DNA from: an uncultured Nitrososphaeria archaeon
GTDB lineage: Archaea; Thermoproteota; Nitrososphaeria; Geothermarchaeales; JDFR-13
Length of the DNA stretch: 58,306 nucleotides
Assembly (NCBI GenBank): GCA_964529905.1
Contig: CAZGXJ010000005.1
Coordinates: 1-58,306 of the forward strand
Direction: 5' to 3'
Numbering within the stretch: position 1 is the stretch's first letter; each line of letters opens with the position of its first letter. The notes beneath the pieces were generated by a model. That model did not search any database. It was given only the letters and a program-made list of their open reading frames with translations, and was not told where the DNA came from. Positions 38,794 to 49,366 of the stretch are shown piece after piece. Made by a program: the position numbers and the translations under genes.

Positions 38794-39795
38794 TTATTCA
38801 ATTATTTTCCATATTTCGTCGATATTTGGTTCTTTAAAATCATAGTGGATCTCTGACTTATTCACGATGTTGACTCCCTCTCCCTCCTTGCTTATAGTAC
38901 CTAATTTGACGGGAAATAAGTTTGCTTTTCTAGATTTTTCAATGAATTCCTTTTCCTTTTCTTTATTCACTACGATGAGTAGCGAACCTGATGAAAGTAT
39001 TTTATATGGATTAAGATTATACATTCTACATAGTTTTAACGTGATTGGATGTATAAGATCATTCGTTAATTTTATGTTTATATATCTATTAGATGCAAGT
39101 GATATCTCGTATATTCCGTTAAATATTCCACCCTCGGTTGGATCATGCATCCATTTAATTGCTGTAATAAGATTATTATCTAGGATAGTTTTTACATAAG
39201 GATAGATGGAGATTTTATCGGGAAAGCTGTTGATTTCCTTTAGTTCTTCTGGGGTAAGTATATCTTTGATTTCCCTCTCCTTTAGCTTGTATATTATATA
39301 GCCTCCTTCTATACCTCCTTTTCCCAACATATATAATGCATCATTTTCAGAAATATTTTTTGGCGATAGGATTATGTTGGTTATCCCAATCACTGTTCCT
39401 ATTGCTATTGGTTGAGTAATTCCAGGTGTTCTCTCGGTATGACCTCCTATTAGGGATACCTCCAATTTTTTTAAAGTTGATGAAAGTTCTTCCATTATTA
39501 GTTCAATAGTTCCAGTGTGGGTATTTTCTGGTAAAAGAAGTGTAAGTAGAAACCATTTAGGCAGGGCACCTGACGCCAGTACATCATTAGTAGCAACGTA
39601 AGCAACCCACTTACCTATTAGATGAGGAGTTGCAGTTATTGGATCGATGGATGCGACAATATAGTTTTCTCCAAGTTTTATTACACCTGAATCTATACCG
39701 ATACCTGGCCAGATAACTACGTTGTTATTCGTATACCCTTTATATGGTAGAATTGATTTTATCAATTCCTTTGAACTTACCTTACCTATCTTCAT
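38794..39795 (-). CDS. AIR synthase-related (HypE/ThiL/PurM fold) protein
   Basis: G.D, DPIT, ND....GA.P, GGHTE, MHDPTEGG, SSG.L. Confidence 0.85.
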   Translation of the reverse strand: MKIGKVSSKELIKSILPYKGYTNNNVVIWPGIGIDSGVIKLGENYIVASIDPITATPHLIGKWVAYVATNDVLASGALPKWFLLTLLLPENTHTGTIELIMEELSSTLKKLEVSLIGGHTERTPGITQPIAIGTVIGITNIILSPKNISENDALYMLGKGGIEGGYIIYKLKEREIKDILTPEELKEINSFPDKISIYPYVKTILDNNLITAIKWMHDPTEGGIFNGIYEISLASNRYINIKLTNDLIHPITLKLCRMYNLNPYKILSSGSLLIVVNKEKEKEFIEKSRKANLFPVKLGTISKEGEGVNIVNKSEIHYDFKEPNIDEIWKIIE

Positions 39796-39896
39796 ACCAT
39801 AATATAGATGTTAGATTAGTCAATATTCATAGATATATAAGTAAAGAAGATATACAATAAATTGTCCAATAAGAAAGAATATAGAGGGAGATACCT

Positions 39897-40913
39897 ATGC
39901 TATCCGTTGTTGTTGATGGGTTTTTTGGTGATACAGGTAAGGGAAAGATTGTATCTTATCTATCTTTAGCAGATGATGCCGATATAGTTGCGAGAGGTGG
40001 TGTTGGCCCTAATGCAGGGCATACAGTTGTTTATAATGGTAAAGAATACAAATTAAGACAGGTTCCTAGTGGGTTTGTAAATAAAAAAGCGTTGCTACTT
40101 ATTGGTGCTGGTGTTTTAGTATACCCCCCACGATTTTTTAAAGAAGTAGATATGACTAATACAAAGGATCGAATTTACATGGATTATCAGACAGGAATTA
40201 TTGAGGATCGTCATGTTGAAGAGGAGCAGAGATCAGAACATTTAGGAAAAAAGATAGGGTCCACGAAAACAGGTTGTGGTGCCGCTATGCGTGACAGGGT
40301 AATGAGAAAACTGAAACTTGCTAAGGATATCGATGAGTTAAGAGAATATTTAACCGATGTTTCCCTAGCCATAAATGAGGCACTAGATAAAAATAAAGTA
40401 GTTATTTTAGAAGGTACCCAGGGAACGTTCCTTTCGTTATATCATGGCACATATCCATATGTAACTTCAAAAGATGTAACTGCATCATCTATTTGTGCTG
40501 ATGTGGGAGTAGGTCCAAAGAGAGTAGACGATATAATTCTCGTTTTTAAATCGTATGTTACAAGGGTGGGTTCTGGTCCTCTTGAAAATGAACTTCCAAT
40601 AGATGAAGCCAAAGAGAAAGGTCTTTTTGAGGTGGCTACAGTAACTGGTAGAATAAGAAGAGTGGCTCCGTTTAATTTTAAATATGCTAAAAGAGCTGTA
40701 ATGCTAAATAGTCCTACCCAAATTGCAATTACTAAAATAGATGTATTATTTAAAGAGGATCGAGGCAAAAGAAATTTTTCGGAGCTCTCAAAAGGAGCTA
40801 AAAAATTTATTGAAGAGATAGAGGACAGGTTAAATGTCCCAGTTTCCCTAATCTCTACAGGCCCCGAAACAGATGCTATGATTGATAGGAGAAGAGAATT
40901 GGGCATCATATAA
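39897..40913 (+). CDS. purA: Adenylosuccinate synthetase (short archaeal type)
   Basis: GDTGKGK, GPNAGHT, EGTQG, YPYVTS, TRVG.GP, TVTGR.RR, STGP. Confidence 0.96.
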   Translation: MLSVVVDGFFGDTGKGKIVSYLSLADDADIVARGGVGPNAGHTVVYNGKEYKLRQVPSGFVNKKALLLIGAGVLVYPPRFFKEVDMTNTKDRIYMDYQTGIIEDRHVEEEQRSEHLGKKIGSTKTGCGAAMRDRVMRKLKLAKDIDELREYLTDVSLAINEALDKNKVVILEGTQGTFLSLYHGTYPYVTSKDVTASSICADVGVGPKRVDDIILVFKSYVTRVGSGPLENELPIDEAKEKGLFEVATVTGRIRRVAPFNFKYAKRAVMLNSPTQIAITKIDVLFKEDRGKRNFSELSKGAKKFIEEIEDRLNVPVSLISTGPETDAMIDRRRELGII

Positions 40914-40943
40914 AATAACTAAAATAGCTGGTGGTGATACTCT

Positions 40944-42845
40944 CTATATATATTTCTTAATTTTATCAATTCTAAACCTTCCGTTAGGTAATCTATTTAG
41001 AAGGTCATTAAAGTATAGGTCTTTCATCTCCTTTTCAATTAAGTTATATTCTATTAATGATGTTATGATATATCTTGCTGTGTCATATTTAGACATATTT
41101 CCTTGCATAAGCTTAAAGATAACCTGCTTATAATTCGAATTTCTATATATTGATTTCAAACTTCCTATGAGGATTCTAGGTTGATCGTTTATATTTATCG
41201 TGGATAGATATAATTCTAAAGTCAAGTCCTTAATGTACTCTTTTTTACCATATATCATAAAACTGCCTTTTTTTAAGTATAACCCAGCAGGTGTTTTTTT
41301 ACTTATCTGTTCAGGTTTTACGAAAAATACAGGTATAGTGGAATAACCAAATTTCCAAGCTTTACTATAACATGCAGTTATTAATGCCGCATCTCTTATA
41401 TCTTCCTCGGAAGCATCAGCGCCTTTTTTTAAAATGGTAAATGGACTTCCATGGATGTCTGCATGGAACACAAGGTCATTCTTGTCGAGATATTTCTTTA
41501 TTAAAATTTCGTTTGATGATGCGTCCCGTCCTGATACTATGAGGAAGCCATTAGTCGATATACTCCAAATAAATTTTTCAAACCATTTCTTTTTAATTAC
41601 TGGTCTTTTTCTAATTAAGTTTATTTTTTTATGTATCTTTTCCTTTTCTTGTTCCAATTTGACTATCTCTTCTTTTAAATTATTTATCGCCCTATCTAAA
41701 CTTTTAACATATTCATATGCCTTACTCAAAGAATGATATGGATTTAGATCATATCTAAGTTTTATAGAATGATTATTCTTTTGAAGGGAAAGTGTACGTT
41801 CTTTTCTATTTATTTCCTTTATATATATATCATTTAGTTTTATATTGGTTACGTCTTCCTCATTACGTATTTTTTCAAAAATCAGCTGTAATTCATTTAT
41901 ATAAAGATAAAGACCGTCTATAATATCTTTAGTGATTCTCTTTTCTTCTTCGATTTTTCTAATTTTTTCATTCAGTTTTTCTATTTCTTTTTCGATTGCT
42001 AAAGATTTTTGGTTTCTCTTTTCAACTAACTTCAGGAATATATCGTCCGATATCTCCTCTATATTCCCTTTCTTAACATACTTAATTTTGATATTCTCGA
42101 GTTCTAAAGGTTCGATATAGATGTTGTTATCAATATTATACATATAAAAATTTTCATCATTTAGGCTACTTTCAATATGGTTCCATATTTTCTTCTCTAT
42201 TTCACTTGCTATATCTATATCAATCTCTTCTAAGTTCTCCTGTATAATATTGTTTAGGAATGGTGGGTCAACAGGTGTATACCTAAATAAATCTTTTTTC
42301 TTTATTTTTCCTTCTTTCTTCTTTAAAAGCTCGTAAAGTTCTATTAGCCTGTTATGGGGCGGATAGTATTTTGAATTTTTAGAAATTTCCCTTTTTTTAC
42401 CGCTTATGTATCTATGGGCATATATTATTAATCCAGTATTTTTATCTACTAAGATTACATTTCCCTTTCCAAAAAGCTCAATAATAATGTAAATAGGTCT
42501 CTCATTAGCACCAATTTCTATTATTATTACCCTATCCAGATCATATTGCCTTATTGCTGGTATGATGGCGTTCCGGTAGTTCTTGTTGAGAAAATTGACT
42601 ATAGAGTTCTTTTCTTCAACAAGAATTTTGATGATATTTGGATAAAATAGATTATATTTAAGGTCAACTATTAAATCAATTTCTTTTCCATTAGAAGATT
42701 TAATTCTAAATACATAGAGATCATTGGTATATGAAGCTTTTTTAAACCTGACTACCACTTGTTTTCCGTCTGTTAGACCTATTTCTCTATTTATAAAATT
42801 AATTATCTTGTGAATAGAGGGAGAAGTTAAATATATTTTATCCAT
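40944..42845 (-). CDS. rqcH: NFACT/Rqc2-NEMF (RqcH) family protein
   Basis: DRV, ELFG.GN.IL, WFEKF.W, GRDA..NE, FHADIHG, YL.KGSFMI.G. Confidence 0.88.
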   Translation of the reverse strand: MDKIYLTSPSIHKIINFINREIGLTDGKQVVVRFKKASYTNDLYVFRIKSSNGKEIDLIVDLKYNLFYPNIIKILVEEKNSIVNFLNKNYRNAIIPAIRQYDLDRVIIIEIGANERPIYIIIELFGKGNVILVDKNTGLIIYAHRYISGKKREISKNSKYYPPHNRLIELYELLKKKEGKIKKKDLFRYTPVDPPFLNNIIQENLEEIDIDIASEIEKKIWNHIESSLNDENFYMYNIDNNIYIEPLELENIKIKYVKKGNIEEISDDIFLKLVEKRNQKSLAIEKEIEKLNEKIRKIEEEKRITKDIIDGLYLYINELQLIFEKIRNEEDVTNIKLNDIYIKEINRKERTLSLQKNNHSIKLRYDLNPYHSLSKAYEYVKSLDRAINNLKEEIVKLEQEKEKIHKKINLIRKRPVIKKKWFEKFIWSISTNGFLIVSGRDASSNEILIKKYLDKNDLVFHADIHGSPFTILKKGADASEEDIRDAALITACYSKAWKFGYSTIPVFFVKPEQISKKTPAGLYLKKGSFMIYGKKEYIKDLTLELYLSTININDQPRILIGSLKSIYRNSNYKQVIFKLMQGNMSKYDTARYIITSLIEYNLIEKEMKDLYFNDLLNRLPNGRFRIDKIKKYI

Positions 42846-42901
42846 GTTTATCTACCTCTCAATTTTAATTATAACTATATAATTTTTCTATAAAGACGTT
42901 T

Positions 42902-43201
42902 TTGGAGGGATTTAGGATGGATGTTGATAAAAAAATTTATGTGTTAAGAATGTCTCTAGGATTTTTTGGTGGTGTTTTGGTAGGTTTTCTTAAATTAACG
43001 ATGGAGTATATGGGGATAGTTATTTTATTAGCTACAATTATATATATCACTACCATTATCATTGCATACAAGTGGCTTGTATCAAGAAAAATATATGACA
43101 TAAAAATGATTTTTTTGGAGGGTATAGGTGCATATATCTTCCTATGGCTGTTTTTATGGGCCGTCCTTTATAACCTCTTAGTTATTTATCCTCCTTTCTA
43201 G
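42902..43201 (+). CDS. Small 3-TM protein, EMC6-like
   Basis: R...G..GG...G helix and G...YI..W...W..LYNL C-terminus. Confidence 0.55.
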   Translation: MEGFRMDVDKKIYVLRMSLGFFGGVLVGFLKLTMEYMGIVILLATIIYITTIIIAYKWLVSRKIYDIKMIFLEGIGAYIFLWLFLWAVLYNLLVIYPPF

Positions 43202-43520
43202 TTTTAAGGAAGAAATTTATGTAGTCTTTCCACGCAAGAAAATATCCTTTTTCAAAGTCGCCTATGAATCGATTGTCTCCCAAAGAAGTTACAATATTGT
43301 TTAATCTTAAGATTGTGGTTAGATCGGATTTTTCCAAAACAAATGAATATTTTTTAATTTTTTTATTGGTTATTGAAAGTACTCCGAATATATACCCTTT
43401 CAATACCTTATTTTTAGTTTTTATATTCTTGATTTTTTCTAGGCCTGATTTGTAGTCTATCTTTTCTTGCAATATCTCGTAAAATAATTTTTTAGCATCT
43501 AGGACTCCCATCTTTTTCAT
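43182..43520 (-). CDS. Hypothetical protein
   Basis: 112-aa ORF coupled to the RecA-family gene; FEKGYF.AW..Y motif. Confidence 0.6.
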   Translation of the reverse strand: MKKMGVLDAKKLFYEILQEKIDYKSGLEKIKNIKTKNKVLKGYIFGVLSITNKKIKKYSFVLEKSDLTTILRLNNIVTSLGDNRFIGDFEKGYFLAWKDYINFFLKTRKEDK

Positions 43521-44203
43521 ATATCTTCCACCCCTCTACTTGTTATTTTAAAAAATATGGATCTATTTCTATGAATATCCGTCGCTCTAATTACTGTGTT
43601 TTTTATCTTATTTAAAAAAATTATGTAATTTATTCCAGGAATCCAATCTCTATATATTTTTGGTATATATCTAGCAGTTAATCCAGGTATCTGGGAAACA
43701 CCTGTTAATAATACTAAAGATGCTCCCCATTTATAGATCAAATTCTTAAGAATCAAAAACGTAGACAATTCTACATCCTGTTTTCTAATGCTATTATATA
43801 AGTTTAGGTCATCTATAGATATGATCCTGAAATTAAATGTTGTTTCGGAGTACTTTTCAATAATGTTTTTAAGTTCTGCCAATGACTCAGGTCTGTAATA
43901 AGCAATGAGGTCATTTGAATTTCTTAAAGAGTCCTGATTAATTTTTTCATATATGTCTGGTTTATAACTAATGATCATTACTTTTTTATGTCTATGTATG
44001 GAGTTTTTCACTATTGATTTTAAAATTGTTGTTTTTCCAGTTCCAGCCTCGCCGTAAAATAAATATGTATAATATGGTTTTAAACCTCCATTCAATAGAT
44101 CATCCAATTTTATTGAACCAGTGCTTATCGGCACTTCTTGATTTACGTAAAGGTCTCTAGCTATCTTTGATGAGATTAGATATCCCCTTATCATTGTCTT
44201 CAA
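43517..44203 (-). CDS. RadB/RecA-family ATPase paralog
   Basis: ISTGS..LD.LL.GG, YGEAGTGKT, IISIDD. Confidence 0.8.
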   Translation of the reverse strand: MKTMIRGYLISSKIARDLYVNQEVPISTGSIKLDDLLNGGLKPYYTYLFYGEAGTGKTTILKSIVKNSIHRHKKVMIISYKPDIYEKINQDSLRNSNDLIAYYRPESLAELKNIIEKYSETTFNFRIISIDDLNLYNSIRKQDVELSTFLILKNLIYKWGASLVLLTGVSQIPGLTARYIPKIYRDWIPGINYIIFLNKIKNTVIRATDIHRNRSIFFKITSRGVEDI

Positions 44204-44247
44204 AATTATTAAGTATATTTAATTCAATTTAATTATCATCATATGGT

Positions 44248-45165
44248 ATGCCTCCGTTGAGAGAGACTGCAAAATATGTCAAAGAGTTAAATGAGATTGA
44301 TTTTTGGGTCTTGAAAAATATTTTTATACTGAGTAAAAATTATGAAAGAGTTCCATTACAAATACTTGTATCTAAAGGAAAATTTAAGGCAGACGTAATA
44401 ATGAAATCTATAAAAAAATTACATAGACATGGATTTATAGAGTACTTTTTACAACCATATGAAAGTATCCGATTATATACATCGGGAGCCGATTTATTGG
44501 CCTTAAAAAAATTCTCGGAAAAGGGATTAATAGCTGGAATTGGAAGACAAATAGGCGTTGGTAAAGAGTCTGATATATACGAGGTGATAGATGATGAAGG
44601 TCGTAGATACTCATTAAAAATATTTCGAATTGGTAGAATAAGTTTTAGACAGGTTAGAGTGAAAAGAAAATATGGTAGGATCGATATATGGACTAGTTGG
44701 CTGAACAGAAACATAAATGCCGCTAAAAACGAATACCGAGTTTTAAAGCAGCTATATTTAAGAGGCGCTCCGGTCCCAAGACCTGTTTATAAAATAATGC
44801 ATATGATCCTTTTAGAATTTTTAGATGGTGATATTCTGAATAAAGTTAAGTTACCCGAAAAAGAGGTTAAAAAAGTGTATGAAATAATTATTGGATATGT
44901 TAAAAGGATTTATGAATTAGGCTATGTCAATGGGGACTTAAGCCAATTCAATGTATTTGTTAAAAATACGGGTGACATCATTCTTATAGATTGGCCACAG
45001 GCAATAGAGGTGGATAAGAATGAACAACTAGCTCGACAATTACTGATAAGGGATTTAAAAAACATAACCCATTACTTTGTTAAGACTTATCATCTAAATA
45101 TGGATTTTATAAGTGATGTACTATCTACTAATAATTTCTCGGACTTAATCGATCTGATCATCTAG
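44248..45165 (+). CDS. rio2: RIO2 kinase
   Basis: N-terminal wHTH, IGVGKESDIY, R.G..SF, NGDLSQFN, IDWPQ. Confidence 0.92.
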   Translation: MPPLRETAKYVKELNEIDFWVLKNIFILSKNYERVPLQILVSKGKFKADVIMKSIKKLHRHGFIEYFLQPYESIRLYTSGADLLALKKFSEKGLIAGIGRQIGVGKESDIYEVIDDEGRRYSLKIFRIGRISFRQVRVKRKYGRIDIWTSWLNRNINAAKNEYRVLKQLYLRGAPVPRPVYKIMHMILLEFLDGDILNKVKLPEKEVKKVYEIIIGYVKRIYELGYVNGDLSQFNVFVKNTGDIILIDWPQAIEVDKNEQLARQLLIRDLKNITHYFVKTYHLNMDFISDVLSTNNFSDLIDLII

Positions 45166-45179
45166 ATAATCTTGATATT

Positions 45180-46385
45180 TTAGAACAACATGTATTTCCC
45201 ATCTAAGATATCCCTAGTCATCTCTTTAAACGTATCTGGAGTAATGTTAGTAGATATTATCTCCTTGATAGCTCTTTTTATTAGATTTTCATTGATTCCT
45301 TTTTTAGGGACATACATAACATTAACTATTTGAGGCTTTGTTATTTCCTCACCTATTCTACTTAGAATCCTAACATATACTTCTTCTAAGTACTCCTCAA
45401 GGTTAAGATAGATTTCTTTGCTTAGTTTAAATGCTAAGACATTATATATTTTACCGACGTGATTTACAGGATTCTTTCCTGCAACTGCTTCTAAGCTCAT
45501 AAATCTATTTGGAGTGATTAGTCCATTTACACGGTTCCCCCTTCCAGTGTTTGCATCGTCTCCCATTTCAGCGGACGTTCCGGTAACAGTTAGATATATA
45601 TCCTTTTTTCTCAAATTATCAGCCGTATTTACATATATACTTACTTGGTACTTCTTTTCCTTTATCTTATCGCTAATTAACTCTTTTACAATGGACTTGA
45701 TGGTTTTTTTAGCCTCCTTATATTCGGAGATATTTTTTATATGTCGGTCAACTATTGCAGCTGCTATAGTTAACTTTATTTTATTGACCATTCTTAATCC
45801 AGCTACTTTTATATCTTCCCCAATGAATGGATACTCCTGTTTTACTTTTTTACTATTCAAGTATTTCTCAGTTTCTAATACTAATTCTTCCAGAAGTGAG
45901 TATGGATAATAACTCACCCCAAATGAGGTGTCATTTGACAGAGGGATTCTTTTTTGTTTCATAAGACTGGCTAATTCACTGGCTCCCCTACGTAGTAGAA
46001 TATGTATGTTCATATGTTCGTCAGGGTCTAAATATCTAAAATTATTTCTAATGTATGACTTTACCCCCTTATATGATATATCTAAAACTTCTTCCTGATT
46101 ACCCGCATCATATGTTGCCCTTCCAGCTATGTATACTTCTATAGGTTTTAATACTTTTCCTCCTCCAAAATTCGGAGAAGCCTCTCCACCCACTATTAAC
46201 CCTTTATCTACATTGTGATGCAATATAGAGTTAAACTTTTTTAGATAATATTCACTTAACTCTCGAGACAACGTCTCACATAAAGCATCTATTAGATGAT
46301 CTGGATGGCCTAAACCTTTTCTTTCCACTATTTCAAATTTCATTCGTTCAACTGGCTTTCTTTGTAGTCTTTCGATTCCGATCAT
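45180..46385 (-). CDS. mat: Archaeal S-adenosylmethionine synthetase
   Basis: EIVERKGLGHPD, HHNVDK, NDTS, GEDIKV, GRGNR, GKNPVNHVGK. Confidence 0.96.
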   Translation of the reverse strand: MIGIERLQRKPVERMKFEIVERKGLGHPDHLIDALCETLSRELSEYYLKKFNSILHHNVDKGLIVGGEASPNFGGGKVLKPIEVYIAGRATYDAGNQEEVLDISYKGVKSYIRNNFRYLDPDEHMNIHILLRRGASELASLMKQKRIPLSNDTSFGVSYYPYSLLEELVLETEKYLNSKKVKQEYPFIGEDIKVAGLRMVNKIKLTIAAAIVDRHIKNISEYKEAKKTIKSIVKELISDKIKEKKYQVSIYVNTADNLRKKDIYLTVTGTSAEMGDDANTGRGNRVNGLITPNRFMSLEAVAGKNPVNHVGKIYNVLAFKLSKEIYLNLEEYLEEVYVRILSRIGEEITKPQIVNVMYVPKKGINENLIKRAIKEIISTNITPDTFKEMTRDILDGKYMLF

Positions 46386-46417
46386 TTCTTAGTCACCACT
46401 TTATTCTTTTTATTTTA

Positions 46418-46675
46418 CTAGAGATTATTTAATTTGATTAGGAGAATGTTGTTTCCTCTTATCAAAACTGTGCCAAATCTAGTGGATCTATTACCAGACT
46501 CTTCAACAGCATCATCTATAAGTAAATTCATATAATTGTCGACTTTATTTAAGATCCCAGTATATTTTTCCCCAGTTTTGAGTAGAACTGTTATTTCTTC
46601 TCCTACATGTCTATAAATTACAGCCAATGGGTTTTTTGTTTTCTCATTATTTTTCTCGTTTGACATTTGTTGCAC
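46418..46675 (-). CDS. Sm-like (Lsm/SmAP) protein
   Basis: G.L...D.YMNL....A.E, IRGNNI. Confidence 0.93.
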   Translation of the reverse strand: MQQMSNEKNNEKTKNPLAVIYRHVGEEITVLLKTGEKYTGILNKVDNYMNLLIDDAVEESGNRSTRFGTVLIRGNNILLIKLNNL

Positions 46676-46752
46676 CTTCTATATATGATACTATTCTTAA
46701 TATTAAGGATTCTATATTTAGAAGTATTTAATATATACCTTTCTACCATAAT

Positions 46753-47493
46753 TCAAGTATATTTCATTTTTGATAACTTCTTAATATTTACAGTTTTAAA
46801 CTCCAGCCCCAGATTTTTTAGTAGAACTTCAGCGTGTGGAGAAATACCAGAACCTACAATCAATCCCCTAACATTTTTCCCCAGCTCTTTAAAATATTTG
46901 ACATATCTATACAGTTGTAATACCTCGTTTTCTCCAATTTTTCCTTTTTTAAGTTCTATTACGACTATTCTTCCTTTTGAGTCTTTTCCAATTAAATCTG
47001 CTTTGCCATATGCAACTTCTTTTTCTTCATTTATTATCTTTAAATCTTTTTCGATTAGTGATGGATTTTTAATGATTGCTTTTTTAAGTTCTTCTTCTGT
47101 AAGATGCATCTCAAAAGTAGCTTCGTCCATCAACTTACCATATATTAAAAAATATACCTTTTCTAATGTTATTGTCACTTCTTCCCTGGGTGTTTTCCTT
47201 ATAAAAGTTATAATTAATTTTTCATTCTTTCTTGAAATTCGGAACATATCCACCCTAGGTTGCCAATTTACTGGTTTATATCCATAAGGCCTATGTATTA
47301 TCATAGCTCCGTCACTTTTAACAATTAGAATTCTATCTCCAGCTTCAATATATGATCTTGCTCTTCCCTTGTAATCAATTGAAAATGATCCTAAAATGAG
47401 AAGAACTAAATTGTCTTTAAAAACTGTCCTTATTGATTCCTCTATTTCGTTAAGAGATGGTTCCATTTTTATTTCTATTTTTTTATTCTTCAC
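46753..47493 (-). CDS. nucS: Endonuclease NucS/EndoMS
   Basis: Y.GRA.S, K.DG...IH, PVNWQP, D..G.D, IELK, QL.RY. Confidence 0.95.
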   Translation of the reverse strand: MKNKKIEIKMEPSLNEIEESIRTVFKDNLVLLILGSFSIDYKGRARSYIEAGDRILIVKSDGAMIIHRPYGYKPVNWQPRVDMFRISRKNEKLIITFIRKTPREEVTITLEKVYFLIYGKLMDEATFEMHLTEEELKKAIIKNPSLIEKDLKIINEEKEVAYGKADLIGKDSKGRIVVIELKKGKIGENEVLQLYRYVKYFKELGKNVRGLIVGSGISPHAEVLLKNLGLEFKTVNIKKLSKMKYT

Positions 47494-47528
47494 ACTACCC
47501 TACCTTCTCAGATCAAATATTTTAGATG

Positions 47529-47629
47529 AGCCCCGGGCGGGATTCGAACCCGCGACCTGCGGCTATCTCGCATGTTCTAGATACAAGGCCGCCGCTATTG
47601 CCTCTCTCTGGCCGCTGAGCTACCGGGGC
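47529..47629 (-). tRNA. tRNA-Thr(UGU) with introns at 22/23 (11 nt) and 37/38 (17 nt); CCA not encoded
   Basis: Removing 47597-47607 and 47565-47581 restores the GCTC/GAGC D-stem and GCGGC-CT-TGT-AA-GCCGC; U73. Confidence 0.9.
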
Positions 47630-47744
47630 ATCATCCGCAATATAATTTTTTCTTTAACATACGAATTTAAATCTTAATGGTGTAAAATCGTTATATTAAT
47701 TTTTCCTTCTTACTAGATAAAAAGTGTTGCGTTTAAAATAATTT

Positions 47745-49175
47745 TTAAGGTGGTTCTGCTTTTTTGGAACTACTTATTTGAATAATTAATTCAAATATAT
47801 CGTTATTCAATTTAATTGCTTCTTCCCTATTCCTTGCTTCGGTAAAGATTCTTATCAGAGGTTCAGTTCCACTAGGTCTTACTAAAATCGAGGTCTCATT
47901 CTTAAATGTCAGTTTAACCCCATCTATCTCGATTAATTCAGTTGTTTTATCTAAAAATTTTTCAATTAGTTTGGTTTTAATTTGTTCGAATACTTCATGT
48001 TTATTACCATCAATCTTTACAGATCTTTTTATTACATAATTATTTGGAATTAGATTTGCTATTTCATCTAGTTTCTTCTTTTCTTTATCCAATAATTTAA
48101 GTGTGAATAAAAAGGTTACCAATCCATCTCTGCCAGCTATATGAGGAAGATATATCAATCCTCCATTTTCTTCAAACCCAAAGATTATGTTTTCTTTAAC
48201 CATCTTTTCCACTACATTTTTTGCTCCAACTTTAGTCCATATTATTTCTATATCCTTCTTCTCTAAGATGTTTAAAAGAATTTTACTCGAGGATATAGGA
48301 GTAACTATCCTATCAATATTATAACTATCTTTTAAGAAATAAGAAATTAAAACCCCTATTTCATCTCCCCAGTATATTCTTCCTTTTCCATCGAATACCA
48401 TCCCCCTATCTCCATCTCCGTCAAATGCAACGCCTAAATCTATTCTTCCTATTAATTCACTTACGATATTTTTTATATTTTCAGGTTTTGGTTCGGGTAA
48501 CCTTCCCGGAAATCTTCCATCAATTACATTATTTATATGAATCACATTTGTAAATCTTCGTGAAAGATATTCACCAGCTGTAACTAAACTGCTGCAATTA
48601 GCATAATCAGCCGCTAATTTCAGATTATATATGAAGTTCGAAAAATCTGGGAAAAAATTTGTTATTGTATGAATATATTCTTCAATCACTTCTTTAGTTA
48701 TGTCAATCTCTTTAGATTTTGAGATTTCCCATTTAATTTGTAGATCGTAATCTCTCCCAAAGTTATAATATAATTCACTTATTCTTAGTTCTTCATTTTC
48801 TGTAATCTCAATTCCATCCTTGTCAAATACCTTTATACCAAAATATTCAGGTGGGTTATGACTTGCTGTAAACATTAATCCATATTTAAATTCTCCTCTT
48901 CTCTTTAAATATGCCTGAAATGCGGGTGTAGAAATTATTCCACAGTTAGAAACATCTTTACCTTTAATTAGTAATATAGAGCTTGCTAATTTTGCTAATG
49001 GATATGAATGGATTCTACAATCCCATCCTATTAACACGTTTCCTTTTCCAAAATACTCATCTACAGCAGAAATAATTTTAACTATATCATATATGTTATG
49101 AGTTCTACCCAAAACACCACGTATTCCAGAAGTTCCAAAAATATTTCTCATCAATAGATGCAATATCAGAAACAT
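47745..49175 (-). CDS. Phosphohexomutase (PMM/PGM/GlmM family)
   Basis: FGTSGIRG, TASHNP, DGDGDR, FEENGG, RPSGTEP. Confidence 0.93.
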   Translation of the reverse strand: MFLILHLLMRNIFGTSGIRGVLGRTHNIYDIVKIISAVDEYFGKGNVLIGWDCRIHSYPLAKLASSILLIKGKDVSNCGIISTPAFQAYLKRRGEFKYGLMFTASHNPPEYFGIKVFDKDGIEITENEELRISELYYNFGRDYDLQIKWEISKSKEIDITKEVIEEYIHTITNFFPDFSNFIYNLKLAADYANCSSLVTAGEYLSRRFTNVIHINNVIDGRFPGRLPEPKPENIKNIVSELIGRIDLGVAFDGDGDRGMVFDGKGRIYWGDEIGVLISYFLKDSYNIDRIVTPISSSKILLNILEKKDIEIIWTKVGAKNVVEKMVKENIIFGFEENGGLIYLPHIAGRDGLVTFLFTLKLLDKEKKKLDEIANLIPNNYVIKRSVKIDGNKHEVFEQIKTKLIEKFLDKTTELIEIDGVKLTFKNETSILVRPSGTEPLIRIFTEARNREEAIKLNNDIFELIIQISSSKKAEPP

Positions 49176-49210
49176 CCTTTTAAAATATTAATAAATGGAT
49201 AATTTATGCA

Positions 49211-49285
49211 GGGCCCGTGGCCCAGCCAGGATAGGGCGGCGGCCTTCGGAGCCGCAGGACCCGGGTTCAAATCCCGGCGGGCCCG
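49211..49285 (+). tRNA. tRNA-Arg(UCG), intronless, CCA not encoded
   Basis: GGGCCCG acceptor stem, A20, GCGGC-CT-TCG-GA-GCCGC. Confidence 0.96.
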
Positions 49286-49366
49286 TAAAATTAAATATTT
49301 ATTAATATTTTATGGTGGTTGAAAATAAATTTTTGCTCATTTGGTTGAAGAAAAATAGATGTTTTC

